DNA of 64,000 nt from Ilumatobacteraceae bacterium (lineage in GTDB: Bacteria; Actinomycetota; Acidimicrobiia; Acidimicrobiales; Ilumatobacteraceae). The notes below the pieces were generated by a model, which ran no database searches, was not told where the DNA came from, and saw only the letters and a list, made by a program, of their open reading frames with translations. Below, piece by piece: positions 27,818 through 38,232 of this stretch (position 1 is the stretch's first letter; every line of letters starts with the position of its first letter). The stretch covers positions 14,104 to 78,103 of the forward strand of contig JBIKOO010000003.1 in NCBI GenBank assembly GCA_044358015.1, read 5' to 3'. Position numbers and translations under genes: made by a program.

Positions 27818-30800
27818 GTGTTTCTTAAATCTCTTACTCTCAAAGGCTTCAAGTCATTCGCCGACACCACCGTGATGGACCTCGAACCAGGGGTCACCGT
27901 GGTCGTCGGTCCCAATGGTTCTGGAAAGTCGAACGTTGTTGACGCCATCGCGTGGGTACTTGGTGCCCAGGCCCCGAGCGCTGTGCGCAGCCAGAAGATG
28001 GACGATGTCATCTTTGCTGGCACCGCCAAGCGGGCTGCCTTGGGTCGCGCTGAAGTGACCCTGACGCTTGATAACTCGTCGGGTCTGTTGCCACTTGATG
28101 CATCTGAAGTAAGTGTGAGCCGAATTTTGTTCCGCACGGGCGAAAGTGAATACGCAATCAACGGCGTGTCGTGTCGCTTGCTTGATGTTCAAGATCTTTT
28201 GTCTGACGCCGGTGTGGGTCGCCAGCAACACGTCATCGTCAGCCAGGGTCAAATTGACGCGGTGTTGAACGCCCGACCCGAAGATCGCCGATCAATTATT
28301 GAAGAAGCTGCTGGAGTTTTGAAATTCCGCAAGCGTAAAGAAAAGGCTGAACGCCGTCTTGATGCCACTGAAGCATCGTTGTTGCGCGTTCAAGATTTGT
28401 TGCGTGAAGTGCGTCGTCAATTGCGTCCGCTTGAGCGCCAAGCTGAAGCTGCTCGCCGCCACGGCGATCTGGTTGCCGAACTCAATGCTCTGCGTTTGTT
28501 CTTGTCAGGTCGTGAAATTACGACATTCCGCCGCCGTCTTGAAGCTTTGGCCGTTGAACGAACTAACGCTGGAGACAAAGAGAACGAATTGCGTCGCCTA
28601 TTGGCCGAGCTCGATACCAATGTCATGGCTGCCGAGGCCGAGCTATCAGCGCGTGGCGATAGCGGGCTCAGCGATGAACTCGTTCGTGTTGAGCAATTGC
28701 GTGAACGAGCACGCGGTATTTCAATGTTGCTCGTCGAGCGTCGCCGTTCGTATGAACGTGACCGTGGCGCAATGATGGACTCGGGCGTTGTTGCGAATCT
28801 TGAAGCCGATGCTTCACGTCTCAAGACCGAACTGTCCGAAGTTGAATCATCAATGGAGCGTCTCGAGCCTGAGAGTCTTGAACTCGCTAATGATGAAGCG
28901 GCTTTTGAGGGTGAACGTAACGAAGCAGCCACTTTGTTTGATCACATCTCATCAACGACCTCGGCCGCCAGTGCTGCAGCCGAAGTTCGTGGCGAACTAC
29001 GCACACTTCGTGCTTCGGTCGAATCAGCTGATTCTGAAAATCGTCGCTTATCGGCTCGCATGCAGACTTTGTCCGAGCGCGACGGTCGTTACGTCACTGA
29101 GATCGAGCGACTCCGCAACGAATGTGAACGTACACAAACCGTTGAGGTGCCACTTGTCAACGAAGTAACCGAAGCTGAAGCCCGACGATTGTCGGCAGAG
29201 GCTGAATTAGAACGAGCCTTGTCAACTCGAAATGCTGTCGCATCCGAACTCGCGCGTTGGCAAGCTCGAAGTGAGGCATTGCAGTTAGCTCTCGACAGTG
29301 CCCGTGCTCGTGCAGGAGCCGAAAAACTCAAAGATGTTTCTGGTGTCGTTGGAACATTGCTCGACCTTGTTGTTATTGACGAAGGCTGGGAAGCATCTGT
29401 TGAAGCAGCGCTCGGCGAAGCCCTGTTGTCGGTTGTCGTTGAAAATACTGAAGCGGCTCGTCGAGCCTTGGCACATCTGCGATCGGCTTCAACATCAGGT
29501 GCAGTGTTGGCGCTCGGCGCAAAGTCAGAAGTAGTCATCACCGGACTGGTGCCCGCGGGTGCTTTGCGAATTCGCGATCATGTGCGTTCAACTCGCAAAG
29601 ACGTTTCTGATCTTCTTGATCTGTTGCTTGCCACGTCGGTTCAAGTTAAAGACTGGACTGCAGCGGTAGATGCTGTGATGACTGATCCGCGTTTGGTCGC
29701 TGTCACCCCAGAAGGCGATCGATTCACAACAACCGGATGGCGAATCGGAGTCGCTGGCGGCGGTGCAACTGGTGCTGCTCTTGAAGATGCTCTCAACAAT
29801 GCCGAAACGTCAAAGTCCGAACTGGCTGTTCGCGACGAAGCGGTGCGCATTGCCCAAACTGAACAGCAGTCAGCCCGCTCGCGTGAAGCCGAACTGCAAA
29901 AGCGACTTGATGCCAATGATGCCGCATTCACAGCTGCATCTGAAGCATTGGCTCGCGTGCAAAGCGAACGCCGTGAGGCTGCCACCGAGTCCGAAGGATT
30001 GTTGCCAACACTTGGCGAAATTGAAGAACGCCTCAATCGACTCAAGGCACGCGTTGCCGAACTTGAACATCTTGTTCCTTCACTTGAACAAGAAGAAGCA
30101 GCTGAGGCTGAAGCGGCAAAGGCTCGTGGCGAAGCTCGCGCGACTCTTGAGGCTCAATCGGCTTTGTTGTCGGGTCGTCGCCGTGATCTTGAAGTGCGCT
30201 CGGCTGGTCTGATAGAGCGCAAGCAATTCATTGAAGCCCGTTTGGCCGAAACCGAACGACGTCTTGAAGCCGACGCGGTCGCTCGCGCCGAAGCCGCTGG
30301 ACATCGTGAGAAGATCGAAAAGATTCTCGTTGCGACTGAGCGCTTGTCGTTGATTGTTGACGCACATCGTCATGTCATCGAATCGCGCTTGGCTGTATTG
30401 CATGAGAAGCGTCGTCGTCAAAGCGATGAAGTGCGGGCATTGGCGACTCATCTTGATGAGATGCGTAAACAGCGTTCAGCGACTGAGCGCGAACTTGAAG
30501 AAGTACGTGAGCGATCACGTCGTTCTGAAGTGGAAGAAGCCGAAGTCAAGATGCGTCTTGAGGCGACTGTCGAAACTCTGCGTCGTGACCTTGATGTTGA
30601 ACCCGAAGTTGCTGAAGCCGCTGAAATGCCCGAACTTCCCGAGGGAATTACTGCACCAGCACGCACTCGTGATCTTGAACGCGAACTGCGTTTGATGGGC
30701 CCGATTAACCCGTTGGCACTTGAAGAGTTCAACGAACTACAAGAGCGTCACAAGTTCTTGGAAGAGCAACTTGAAGATGTGCGCAATACGCGTCGCGAAT

Positions 30801-31312
30801 TGATGCGAGTGATCACTGCTGTCGACAACGAAATTCAGTCGGTATTCGCTTCGGCCTTTGCTGACGTCAGCGGAAACTTCACTCAACTGTTTGGCAATCT
30901 GTTCCCAGGCGGAATGGGACGACTCATTCTCACCAACCCTGATGACTTACTGAACACGGGTATTGAAGTTGAAGCGAAGCCCGGTGGAAAGAACGTCAAG
31001 AAGTTGAGTTTGTTGTCAGGTGGAGAGCGCAGCCTCACCGCGTTGGCCTTCTTGTTCGCAGTCTTCCGCAGTCGCCCGTCACCGTTCTACGTGATGGACG
31101 AAGTTGAAGCTGCCCTCGACGATGTCAACTTGCATCGCTTCTTGGGACTCATTCATGAGTTCCGCCAAGAAGCTCAGTTACTTATTGTGAGTCACCAAAA
31201 GCGCACCATGGAAGCAGGCGACTGCCTATTAGGTGTGAGCATGCAACCAGGTGGCTCGTCAAAAGTTGTGACCGAGAAGGCCTCATCGGTCTCCGGTGGC
31301 GGCGCTTCTTAA
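27818..31312 (+). CDS. smc: Chromosome partition protein SMC
   Basis: MFLKSLTLKGFKSF...GPNGSGKSN (Walker A), long coiled coils with a central hinge, and C-terminal LSGGERSLTALAFLFA...FYVMDEVEAALD. Confidence 0.95.
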   Translation: MFLKSLTLKGFKSFADTTVMDLEPGVTVVVGPNGSGKSNVVDAIAWVLGAQAPSAVRSQKMDDVIFAGTAKRAALGRAEVTLTLDNSSGLLPLDASEVSVSRILFRTGESEYAINGVSCRLLDVQDLLSDAGVGRQQHVIVSQGQIDAVLNARPEDRRSIIEEAAGVLKFRKRKEKAERRLDATEASLLRVQDLLREVRRQLRPLERQAEAARRHGDLVAELNALRLFLSGREITTFRRRLEALAVERTNAGDKENELRRLLAELDTNVMAAEAELSARGDSGLSDELVRVEQLRERARGISMLLVERRRSYERDRGAMMDSGVVANLEADASRLKTELSEVESSMERLEPESLELANDEAAFEGERNEAATLFDHISSTTSAASAAAEVRGELRTLRASVESADSENRRLSARMQTLSERDGRYVTEIERLRNECERTQTVEVPLVNEVTEAEARRLSAEAELERALSTRNAVASELARWQARSEALQLALDSARARAGAEKLKDVSGVVGTLLDLVVIDEGWEASVEAALGEALLSVVVENTEAARRALAHLRSASTSGAVLALGAKSEVVITGLVPAGALRIRDHVRSTRKDVSDLLDLLLATSVQVKDWTAAVDAVMTDPRLVAVTPEGDRFTTTGWRIGVAGGGATGAALEDALNNAETSKSELAVRDEAVRIAQTEQQSARSREAELQKRLDANDAAFTAASEALARVQSERREAATESEGLLPTLGEIEERLNRLKARVAELEHLVPSLEQEEAAEAEAAKARGEARATLEAQSALLSGRRRDLEVRSAGLIERKQFIEARLAETERRLEADAVARAEAAGHREKIEKILVATERLSLIVDAHRHVIESRLAVLHEKRRRQSDEVRALATHLDEMRKQRSATERELEEVRERSRRSEVEEAEVKMRLEATVETLRRDLDVEPEVAEAAEMPELPEGITAPARTRDLERELRLMGPINPLALEEFNELQERHKFLEEQLEDVRNTRRELMRVITAVDNEIQSVFASAFADVSGNFTQLFGNLFPGGMGRLILTNPDDLLNTGIEVEAKPGGKNVKKLSLLSGGERSLTALAFLFAVFRSRPSPFYVMDEVEAALDDVNLHRFLGLIHEFRQEAQLLIVSHQKRTMEAGDCLLGVSMQPGGSSKVVTEKASSVSGGGAS

Positions 31313-31327
31313 TTACAAGGAACCTGT

Positions 31328-32434
31328 ATGAATACGCAAACTCTCTTGTTGATCCTGTTGGTTGTTGCCGTGGTCTTCGGGCTTGGCGTGGTGGTGCTGA
31401 ATCGTCGCTCAAGCGGCGGGGCGGGGGTCAAGCCCGTCATTTCAGAGCCAGTTGTTGATGAAACGCCGGTCGTTCAAGCCGAAGTTGTTCAAGCCGAAGT
31501 AGTTGAAACGCCAGTAGTTGAAACGCCGGCTCCGCCCAAGAGTCGGTGGGGCAAAACGGCGTTGTCGTTGGCTGGCGTTTTTGGGGGAGTGCGTGCACGA
31601 GGTGGCATCACCAGCGAAACGTGGGACGATCTCGAAGAGGCGTTGTTGAAGGCTGACGTTGGAATCGGCGTGACCGACGAACTACTGAACTCTTTGCGCG
31701 GCCGTGTGAAGGCCAAAGAAATTACGACTCCGGATGAATTGCTTCTGGCGTTACAGCGCGAGATGACATCGCGTCTTGAAGGTGCGAATCGTGAATTGAA
31801 CTTTGCGCAACTTGATGAAGGTCGCATCAACGTGTGGTTGTTCGTCGGTGTAAATGGTGTTGGCAAGACCACCACCATTGGCAAAGTTTCGGCGCAACAG
31901 GCGCAACTCGGCCGTTCATTGGTTTTGGCCGCTGGCGACACATTCCGCGCCGCGGCAGCTGAACAGTTGGGCACGTGGGCCGAACGTTCGGGAGCCGAAC
32001 TAGTGCGCGGCGCCGAAGGTGGAGACCCCAGTTCAGTGATCTTTGATGGTATTCAACGAGCTTCCGCTAAGGGTTTTGACCTTGTGCTTGGCGACACGGC
32101 TGGTCGTTTGCAGAACAAGTCAAACCTCATGGATGAGCTGCGTAAAGTTCGTCGTATTGCCGATCGTGATCCGGGCCAGGTCACCGAAGTGTTGCTGGTC
32201 ATTGACGCAACAACGGGACAAAACGGCCTCTCGCAGGCCCGCGAATTCACCGATGCTGCAGGGGTGACCGGCGTTGTACTGACCAAGCTTGACGGATCTG
32301 CCAAAGGCGGAATCGTCTTTGCTATCGAAACCGAAATGGGCATTCCTATCAAGTTGGTCGGTCTGGGTGAAACCATTGGAGACTTGGTGGCTTTCAATCC
32401 AGACGAATACGTCTCCGCACTCTTTAACGGGTGA
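31328..32434 (+). CDS. ftsY: Signal recognition particle receptor FtsY
   Basis: N-terminal TM helix, a short VVQAEVV/VVETP repeat, then the NG domain (GVNGVGKTTTIGK, DTAGR, TKLDG). Confidence 0.93.
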   Translation: MNTQTLLLILLVVAVVFGLGVVVLNRRSSGGAGVKPVISEPVVDETPVVQAEVVQAEVVETPVVETPAPPKSRWGKTALSLAGVFGGVRARGGITSETWDDLEEALLKADVGIGVTDELLNSLRGRVKAKEITTPDELLLALQREMTSRLEGANRELNFAQLDEGRINVWLFVGVNGVGKTTTIGKVSAQQAQLGRSLVLAAGDTFRAAAAEQLGTWAERSGAELVRGAEGGDPSSVIFDGIQRASAKGFDLVLGDTAGRLQNKSNLMDELRKVRRIADRDPGQVTEVLLVIDATTGQNGLSQAREFTDAAGVTGVVLTKLDGSAKGGIVFAIETEMGIPIKLVGLGETIGDLVAFNPDEYVSALFNG

Positions 32435-32518
32435 CCCGCCAAGAAAAATAGTGACTTTGTTCCCAAATTTTCTTGATGGGTTGGGAACTAACCCACAATC
32501 TGGCATCGTCTCAGTTGT

Positions 32519-34009
32519 ATGAAGAAAATCCTGGTTCCCGCCCTCACCGTTTTCGCCCTCTTTGCCGTGTCCTCGTGTGGTGACGATCCCGATGCCTCGG
32601 GTCCGCCCATCTTGGTTTTGTCCGCCGCTAACGGTGGTGGTTGGTCGGCCACAGCTCCAGCAGCATCGGACATGTCTACGACCGAAGGTATGGACGAGAA
32701 AATGATGTGGGGCTATCAACAAAACTTCACTGCGGCCGTTGATTTGCCAGCACTCGATAGCGATGCGCCCTCATACACCTTGGCTGCAGGTGATGTTTCG
32801 ACAGATTCACTGAATGTGCTGAAGGCGGCATTCGAAGTCACTGAAGATTTCGTAGCCCAAGATGCTTCACAGGGTGGCGGCTACTTGGCAGGTAACTACG
32901 ACGGAACAACGGCAACGTTGTACGTCGGCTCTGACGCGACGCGTTATTGGAGTTACTCGCCAGCTTGGGATCAGTCATCGATCTCGTCACGGCCTTGCAT
33001 CATGGAAGATGCCGTCGCAACTACTGACAGTCTCTCGACTGATGACGTTCCCACGACTGATGTAGCAAGTGAAATTTGCGCCGAGCCGGTTGCTCCCGAA
33101 AATGTGCCGACCAAGGCCGAAGCCGAAGCGCTCTTTGCAACAACTGTGAGTGCACTAGGAGTGAATGTCAACGATCTCATCCTCGACTCGTATGCCGATG
33201 AGTGGGGTGCGAACGTCAACGGTTACCTGAAGATTGACGGCGTACGTAGCCCGCTGTCATGGAGTGTCGGTTATGGCGCTGAAGCTTCAATCACCTGGGC
33301 CAGCGGAGTTTTTGCTGATGTTCAAGATGGAGCTTCTTACCCTCGCATTGGAACTGCAGCAGCAATTGAGCGCTTGAATAGTCAGCAGGCCGGAAATTGG
33401 GGCGGACCCATGGCTCGTAGTGGTGTCGCATACGACACTGCTGTTGCGTCTGGCGTTGAAGCAGCCGTCACGACCGAACCCGCAACATCTGATGTCACGG
33501 CAGAAACGTATCCGGTCACTGATGCACCGGCACCAGAAATTCAAGAAGTTTCGATTATCGGTGTTGAAGAAGAACTTGTGACGCTCTACGGAGCCGATGG
33601 TTCGATCTACCTCGTGCCTGGCTATACGTTCATTGCTGCTGAAGACGAATACGGTTACGCCGGCCGTTACACCGTTTCTGCCTTGCCTGATGAGTACATG
33701 CAAGTGACTGACGCGGTTGATGCCGTGCCTGCTACCGAGGTCCCTGTTCCTGATACCGCTGTTGCTCTGCCGAGCGTTGACCCAGCCGTTGACCCAACCG
33801 TCGCCCCCGACATGTCAGTCGCTCAAGATGTGGATGACTTGCTGGGCATGTCTGAAGCCGAGGCCACTAAGGCGGCCGAGGCCAAAGGTTTGACGGTTCG
33901 AGTTGGTAGTCGTGATGGTGAAGATTTCGCCCTCACGATGGACTACCGCACCGATCGCGTGACGTTGACAGTGGTTGCTGGCATAGTCACCGCTGTCACG
34001 CCTGGCTGA
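32519..34009 (+). CDS. Secreted lipoprotein, unknown function, with C-terminal peptidase-inhibitor-I78-like domain
   Basis: MKKILVPALTVFALFAVSSCGDD has a lipobox, and the body is acidic. The C-terminal LGMSEAEATKAAEAKGLTVRVGSRDGEDFALTMDYRTDRVTLTVVAGIVTAV resembles the Inhibitor_I78 pattern (..R...G...TMDYR.DR....). Confidence 0.6.
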   Translation: MKKILVPALTVFALFAVSSCGDDPDASGPPILVLSAANGGGWSATAPAASDMSTTEGMDEKMMWGYQQNFTAAVDLPALDSDAPSYTLAAGDVSTDSLNVLKAAFEVTEDFVAQDASQGGGYLAGNYDGTTATLYVGSDATRYWSYSPAWDQSSISSRPCIMEDAVATTDSLSTDDVPTTDVASEICAEPVAPENVPTKAEAEALFATTVSALGVNVNDLILDSYADEWGANVNGYLKIDGVRSPLSWSVGYGAEASITWASGVFADVQDGASYPRIGTAAAIERLNSQQAGNWGGPMARSGVAYDTAVASGVEAAVTTEPATSDVTAETYPVTDAPAPEIQEVSIIGVEEELVTLYGADGSIYLVPGYTFIAAEDEYGYAGRYTVSALPDEYMQVTDAVDAVPATEVPVPDTAVALPSVDPAVDPTVAPDMSVAQDVDDLLGMSEAEATKAAEAKGLTVRVGSRDGEDFALTMDYRTDRVTLTVVAGIVTAVTPG

Positions 34010-34052
34010 CATCGTCACCGCCCGAAAGTAGGGCGGTAGCCTCAGGATTGCT

Positions 34053-35489
34053 ATGTTCGACAACCTCTCTAATCGTTTCGACGGAATCTTCAAACGAATT
34101 CGCGGCAAGGGTCGTCTGACCGAAGCCGATGTCGATGAAGTTCTCAAAGAAATTCGCACCGCACTTTTAGAAGCTGACGTCAACGTCAGCGTGGTTCGTA
34201 ACGTCGTTGCACGAATTCGTGAAGGTGCCATCGGCATTGAGTCGTCGAAGGCGCTTGATCCGAGTCAGCAAGTCATCAAACTGGTTAACCAAGAACTCAC
34301 CAACATTCTTGGTGGCGAAACCCTCAAGATCACCTACGCCAGTCGTCCGCCCACCGTGGTGTTGATGGCTGGTTTGCAGGGTTCAGGAAAAACCACCAAC
34401 TCGGCCAAGTTGGCGAAGTGGTTCAAGTCGCAAGGTCGTCATCCACTTCTTGTCGGTGCCGACTTGCAACGTCCTGCTGCTGTTGAACAGTTGCGCACAC
34501 TCGGTCGACAAATTGATGTTCCGGTGTTCAGCGATCCAAGTGATCCGGTCACCACCGCAGTTCGCGGACTCGCCGAAGCGCGACGACTGGGCAAAGATGT
34601 TTTGATTGTTGACACTGCCGGTCGTTTGTCAATCGACGACGAAATGATGGCGCAGATTCGCCAGATCTCTGATCAGATCACGCCGAACTACACGTTCTTA
34701 GTGATTGATGCGATGACTGGTCAAGATGCCGTCAATGTCGCTGAAGCATTTCATAACACCTTGCAAATCGACGGCGTCATCTTGTCAAAGCTCGATGGTG
34801 ATGCGCGCGGTGGTGCGGCGCTGTCGGTTAAGGAAGTCATTGGTCGCCCCATTGCCTTCGCAAGTACTGGCGAAAAACTCGACGCGTTCGAACAGTTCCA
34901 TCCCGATCGTATGGCCGGACGAATTTTGGGAATGGGCGACATGCTCACCCTGATCGAACAGGCCGAACAAGCTTTCGAAAAAGACGCAGCCGAGGAAGCA
35001 GCGACCAAGTTGCTCGATGGCGAATTCACGCTCGACGACTTCTTAGAACAAATGCAGTCGCTCAAGAAGATGGGACCGCTTGGCGGGTTGATGGGCATGA
35101 TGCCCGGCATGCCCAAAGAGTTGAAGAATGCCAAGATCGGCGACGATGAACTGAAGCCAGTCGAGGCGATTATTCGCTCGATGACCAAAGAGGAGCGTCG
35201 CAAGCCCGAGATCATCAACGGCAGTCGCCGCCAACGCATCGCGACTGGCAGTGGCCGCTCAATCGCCGAGGTGAACCGGCTGGTTAAGCAGTTTGGCGAG
35301 ATGCAAAAGATGATGAAGCGCATGGGTGGAATGACCACTGGCAAAAAGGGTAAGCGCAAGATGTCATCGATGGCGGGCCTCGGTGGCCTTGGGGCAGCTG
35401 GCTTGCCTGGTCAAGGTGGCGGCTTTAGCGAGGGCCTTGGGGGCGGAGCTCCTGGTGGCGGATTCCCCGGTTTCCCCCCATCACGCTAA
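34053..35489 (+). CDS. ffh: Signal recognition particle protein Ffh (SRP54)
   Basis: GLQGSGKTT, DTAGR, SKLDGDARGG, a Met-rich M domain and a Gly-rich tail. Confidence 0.95.
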   Translation: MFDNLSNRFDGIFKRIRGKGRLTEADVDEVLKEIRTALLEADVNVSVVRNVVARIREGAIGIESSKALDPSQQVIKLVNQELTNILGGETLKITYASRPPTVVLMAGLQGSGKTTNSAKLAKWFKSQGRHPLLVGADLQRPAAVEQLRTLGRQIDVPVFSDPSDPVTTAVRGLAEARRLGKDVLIVDTAGRLSIDDEMMAQIRQISDQITPNYTFLVIDAMTGQDAVNVAEAFHNTLQIDGVILSKLDGDARGGAALSVKEVIGRPIAFASTGEKLDAFEQFHPDRMAGRILGMGDMLTLIEQAEQAFEKDAAEEAATKLLDGEFTLDDFLEQMQSLKKMGPLGGLMGMMPGMPKELKNAKIGDDELKPVEAIIRSMTKEERRKPEIINGSRRQRIATGSGRSIAEVNRLVKQFGEMQKMMKRMGGMTTGKKGKRKMSSMAGLGGLGAAGLPGQGGGFSEGLGGGAPGGGFPGFPPSR

Positions 35490-35600
35490 GTGCGACCAGC
35501 CAAGACTTGCCTGGTGGCGTTGGGGAAGGGATGCTTTCGGGTTAGCCTTCGGTGTCTGCCTGGACTGGTTCTAGGCGCTTGAATCAGGAGTTATCGCCGA

Positions 35601-35870
35601 ATGTCAGTCAAGTTACGCCTTACACGTGTCGGAAAGACCAAGCAGCCTCATTACCGCGTGATCGCGAGCGACAGCCGCGCCGCCCGTGATGGTTCATTCC
35701 TCGAAATCTTGGGTCAGTACAACCCACGCACCGAGCCTTCGGTCATCAATCTCGACAACGACAAGGCTGTTGCCTGGTTGATGAAGGGCGCACAGCCCAC
35801 CGAGCGCGTCAAGAAGATTCTTGAAATCTCGGGCGCATGGGCACAGTTCACTGCTGCTCGCGCTAAGTGA
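35601..35870 (+). CDS. rpsP: 30S ribosomal protein S16
   Basis: MSVKLRLTRVGKTKQPHYRVIASDSRAARDGSFLEILGQYNP. Confidence 0.93.
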   Translation: MSVKLRLTRVGKTKQPHYRVIASDSRAARDGSFLEILGQYNPRTEPSVINLDNDKAVAWLMKGAQPTERVKKILEISGAWAQFTAARAK

Positions 35871-35880
35871 TTCAGTTGTC

Positions 35881-36144
35881 ATGACTGATCCCAACGAAAT
35901 TTCTTCGCCAACAGCAGTTGCTGTTTTGACTCACGTTGTTCGTTCAATTGTTGACGATCCTGATGCGGTCAATGTTGCCGAAACCGAAGGTCGCAATCGT
36001 TTGCGTCTTGAAGTGAAGGTTGGTCCCGGAGACCTCGGTCGTGTGATCGGTCGTCGTGGTCGTACTGCTCAAAGCATTCGCACACTTGTGCGTGCTGCTG
36101 CCGCTAAAGATGGTCGCGAAGTCGACGTCGACTTCGTTGACTGA
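35881..36144 (+). CDS. KH-domain RNA-binding protein (YlqC-like)
   Basis: The ATG at 35881 starts the protein. ...RLRLEVKVGPGDLGRVIGRRGRTAQSIRTLV contains the GxxG KH motif. The position between rpsP and rimM is conserved. Confidence 0.85.
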   Translation: MTDPNEISSPTAVAVLTHVVRSIVDDPDAVNVAETEGRNRLRLEVKVGPGDLGRVIGRRGRTAQSIRTLVRAAAAKDGREVDVDFVD

Positions 36145-36146
36145 TT

Positions 36147-36686
36147 GTGGTTCACGGAGTTTCCGTGACTGCTGAAAAAACTCCCGAAGGCCTTTTAGAA
36201 GTAGGCCGTTTTGGTCGCCCCCACGGTGTGAAGGGGCAGATCTACATCAAGTTGTCAACCGATCGTTCTGAGCGCGTCCAAATTGGTGCACGCCTGTGGG
36301 CGGGCGAGTGGTTTGAAGTGTCGGCACGAACTTCAATGGCAAATACTGGTGCCGATCGTTGGGTCGTTGGCATCGTCGGTATTGATGATCGCAATGATGT
36401 CGAACGACTTGTCAACAAAGTCGTCTGGGCCGAGCCGATTGATGATCCAGGTGCCGTTTGGGTGCATCAAGTGATCGGCGCAAAGGTTTTGGATACCGAC
36501 GGCATCGATCGCGGTGTGTGTATCGCTGTTCTGAAGAATCCTGCGAACGATTTACTTGAACTTGAATCAGGTGCACTTGTCCCGGTGCTGTTCGTTGAAT
36601 CAGTCGTTCCTGACGACATCGGTGGATTTGTTGTCACCATCGACCCGCCCGACGGACTGTTTGAAGTTTTCGAAGACACGAAGTAG
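36147..36686 (+). CDS. rimM: 16S rRNA processing protein RimM
   Basis: LEVGRFGRPHGVKGQIYI and a PRC-barrel C-terminus. Synteny supports the call. Confidence 0.88.
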   Translation: MVHGVSVTAEKTPEGLLEVGRFGRPHGVKGQIYIKLSTDRSERVQIGARLWAGEWFEVSARTSMANTGADRWVVGIVGIDDRNDVERLVNKVVWAEPIDDPGAVWVHQVIGAKVLDTDGIDRGVCIAVLKNPANDLLELESGALVPVLFVESVVPDDIGGFVVTIDPPDGLFEVFEDTK

Positions 36687-36691
36687 TTCAC

Positions 36692-37441
36692 ATGCGCGTC
36701 GATGTTTTCACCATCTTCCCGAGCATCGTGAACAACTTTTGTTCCGAAAGTTTGTTGGGAAAGTGCCGCGAGTCAGGTCTGCTTGATCTGCGAAGTCACG
36801 ACCTACGCGAGCACACCAGCGATGTCCATCGCACGGTTGATGACGCCCCCTTTGGCGGAGGCGCCGGCATGGTGATGCGGGCCGAACCGATCTTCGCCTC
36901 AGTTGAGGCAGCGACCCCGCCACGACCGCTGTATTTGATGAGCCCGGGGGGTCGTCGCTTTGATCAAGCCTTCGCCCACGAACTGGCTGCCACCCATGAG
37001 GGTCCCTCCGGTGGATTCAGCTTGCTGTGCGGTCGCTACGAAGGGATTGACCATCGGGTTCGAGAACACCTTGTAGATGGTGAAATCAGTATCGGCGATG
37101 TGGTCTTGTCGGGTGGCGAAGTAGCCGCTTGCCTCATCATCGAGGCCGTGACCCGCCTGTTACCTGGGGCGATGGGTAATGCTCAGAGTCCAATCACCGA
37201 AAGTTTTGGAGCGTCCAATCTGCTTGAGGAGCCCCATTTCACCCGTCCAGCCGAGTTCCGGGGCTGGGAGGTTCCCGATGTTTTAAGGGGCGGCAACCAT
37301 GCCCAGGTCGAAAGTTGGCGATTGGCTCAGGCCTTACATCGCACCATCAGCCAGCGACCCGACCTCATCGAGGCCCGGGGAGGACTTTCAAATGATGAGC
37401 TCGCCTTGTTGGAGAAGTTCCCTGCTATCCCGTATCCTTGA
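36692..37441 (+). CDS. trmD: tRNA (guanine37-N1)-methyltransferase TrmD
   Basis: MRVDVFTIFP...VDDAPFGGGAGMVM...LLCGRYEGIDHRV...ISIGDVVLSGGE. Confidence 0.95.
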   Translation: MRVDVFTIFPSIVNNFCSESLLGKCRESGLLDLRSHDLREHTSDVHRTVDDAPFGGGAGMVMRAEPIFASVEAATPPRPLYLMSPGGRRFDQAFAHELAATHEGPSGGFSLLCGRYEGIDHRVREHLVDGEISIGDVVLSGGEVAACLIIEAVTRLLPGAMGNAQSPITESFGASNLLEEPHFTRPAEFRGWEVPDVLRGGNHAQVESWRLAQALHRTISQRPDLIEARGGLSNDELALLEKFPAIPYP

Positions 37442-37502
37442 CAAGCCGTGACTGCGATCTACCCAGGTTGTATGTCCCTGAAAAGTTTTAAGGAAACCCG
37501 TC

Positions 37503-37850
37503 ATGAAGACCACCGACATCGTTGACCTACAACACATCCGCTCCGACATTCCTGTATTCGGTCCCGGAGATGAACTGAAGGTTCATGTGCGCGTTGTTGA
37601 AAGTGGCAAAGAGCGTATTCAGATTTTCCAGGGCAACGTCATCGGACGTCATGGCTCGGGAATTCAAGAGACCTACACCGTTCGCAAAATCAGCTACGGC
37701 GTTGGTGTTGAGCGCACGTTCCCCGTGCACACCCCAACAGTTGCCAAGATCGAAGTCATGAAGCGTGGCGATGTTCGCCGTGCCAAGTTGTACTACTTGC
37801 GTGACCGCACCGGTAAGGCTGCCAAGGTTCGCGAAAAGCGCGATTTCTGA
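37503..37850 (+). CDS. rplS: 50S ribosomal protein L19
   Basis: [35 protein letters not shown]...[18 protein letters not shown]. Confidence 0.95.
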   Translation: MKTTDIVDLQHIRSDIPVFGPGDELKVHVRVVESGKERIQIFQGNVIGRHGSGIQETYTVRKISYGVGVERTFPVHTPTVAKIEVMKRGDVRRAKLYYLRDRTGKAAKVREKRDF

Positions 37851-37920
37851 TTTCATTGGGAAACCTTTCCCGTTATCACCATCTCGGTTGTTGCTTACTT
37901 CACGACACGAGTGTTGACCA

Positions 37921-38232
37921 TTGAGTACCGACGATCTCGAAGACTTCGAGGCTGATCGCGAACTCCACCTCGCGCAGGAATATCAAGACGTTGCGGGCAT
38001 GTTCCGTTACGCCATTGAAACCGAGCGCCGGTTTTACTTGGCCAACAAAGTTGATGTCAATGTCAAAGGTGACAGCACGCGGCCACTGATCGAAGTGGAA
38101 TTAACTGACGCATGGGTATGGGACATGTACCGCAAGAGCCGATTCGTTCCGAAGGTTCGAATTTTCAGTTTCAAAGACGTGAACGTCGAGGAACTCCCGC
38201 AAGAAGACTTGACCGATCTCGACAAGGCCTAG
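37921..38232 (+). CDS. DUF2469 family protein (actinobacterial signature protein)
   Basis: TTG start. LEDFEADRELHLAQEYQDVAGMFRYAIETERRFYLANKVDV. The position upstream of yraN is conserved. Confidence 0.8.
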   Translation: MSTDDLEDFEADRELHLAQEYQDVAGMFRYAIETERRFYLANKVDVNVKGDSTRPLIEVELTDAWVWDMYRKSRFVPKVRIFSFKDVNVEELPQEDLTDLDKA

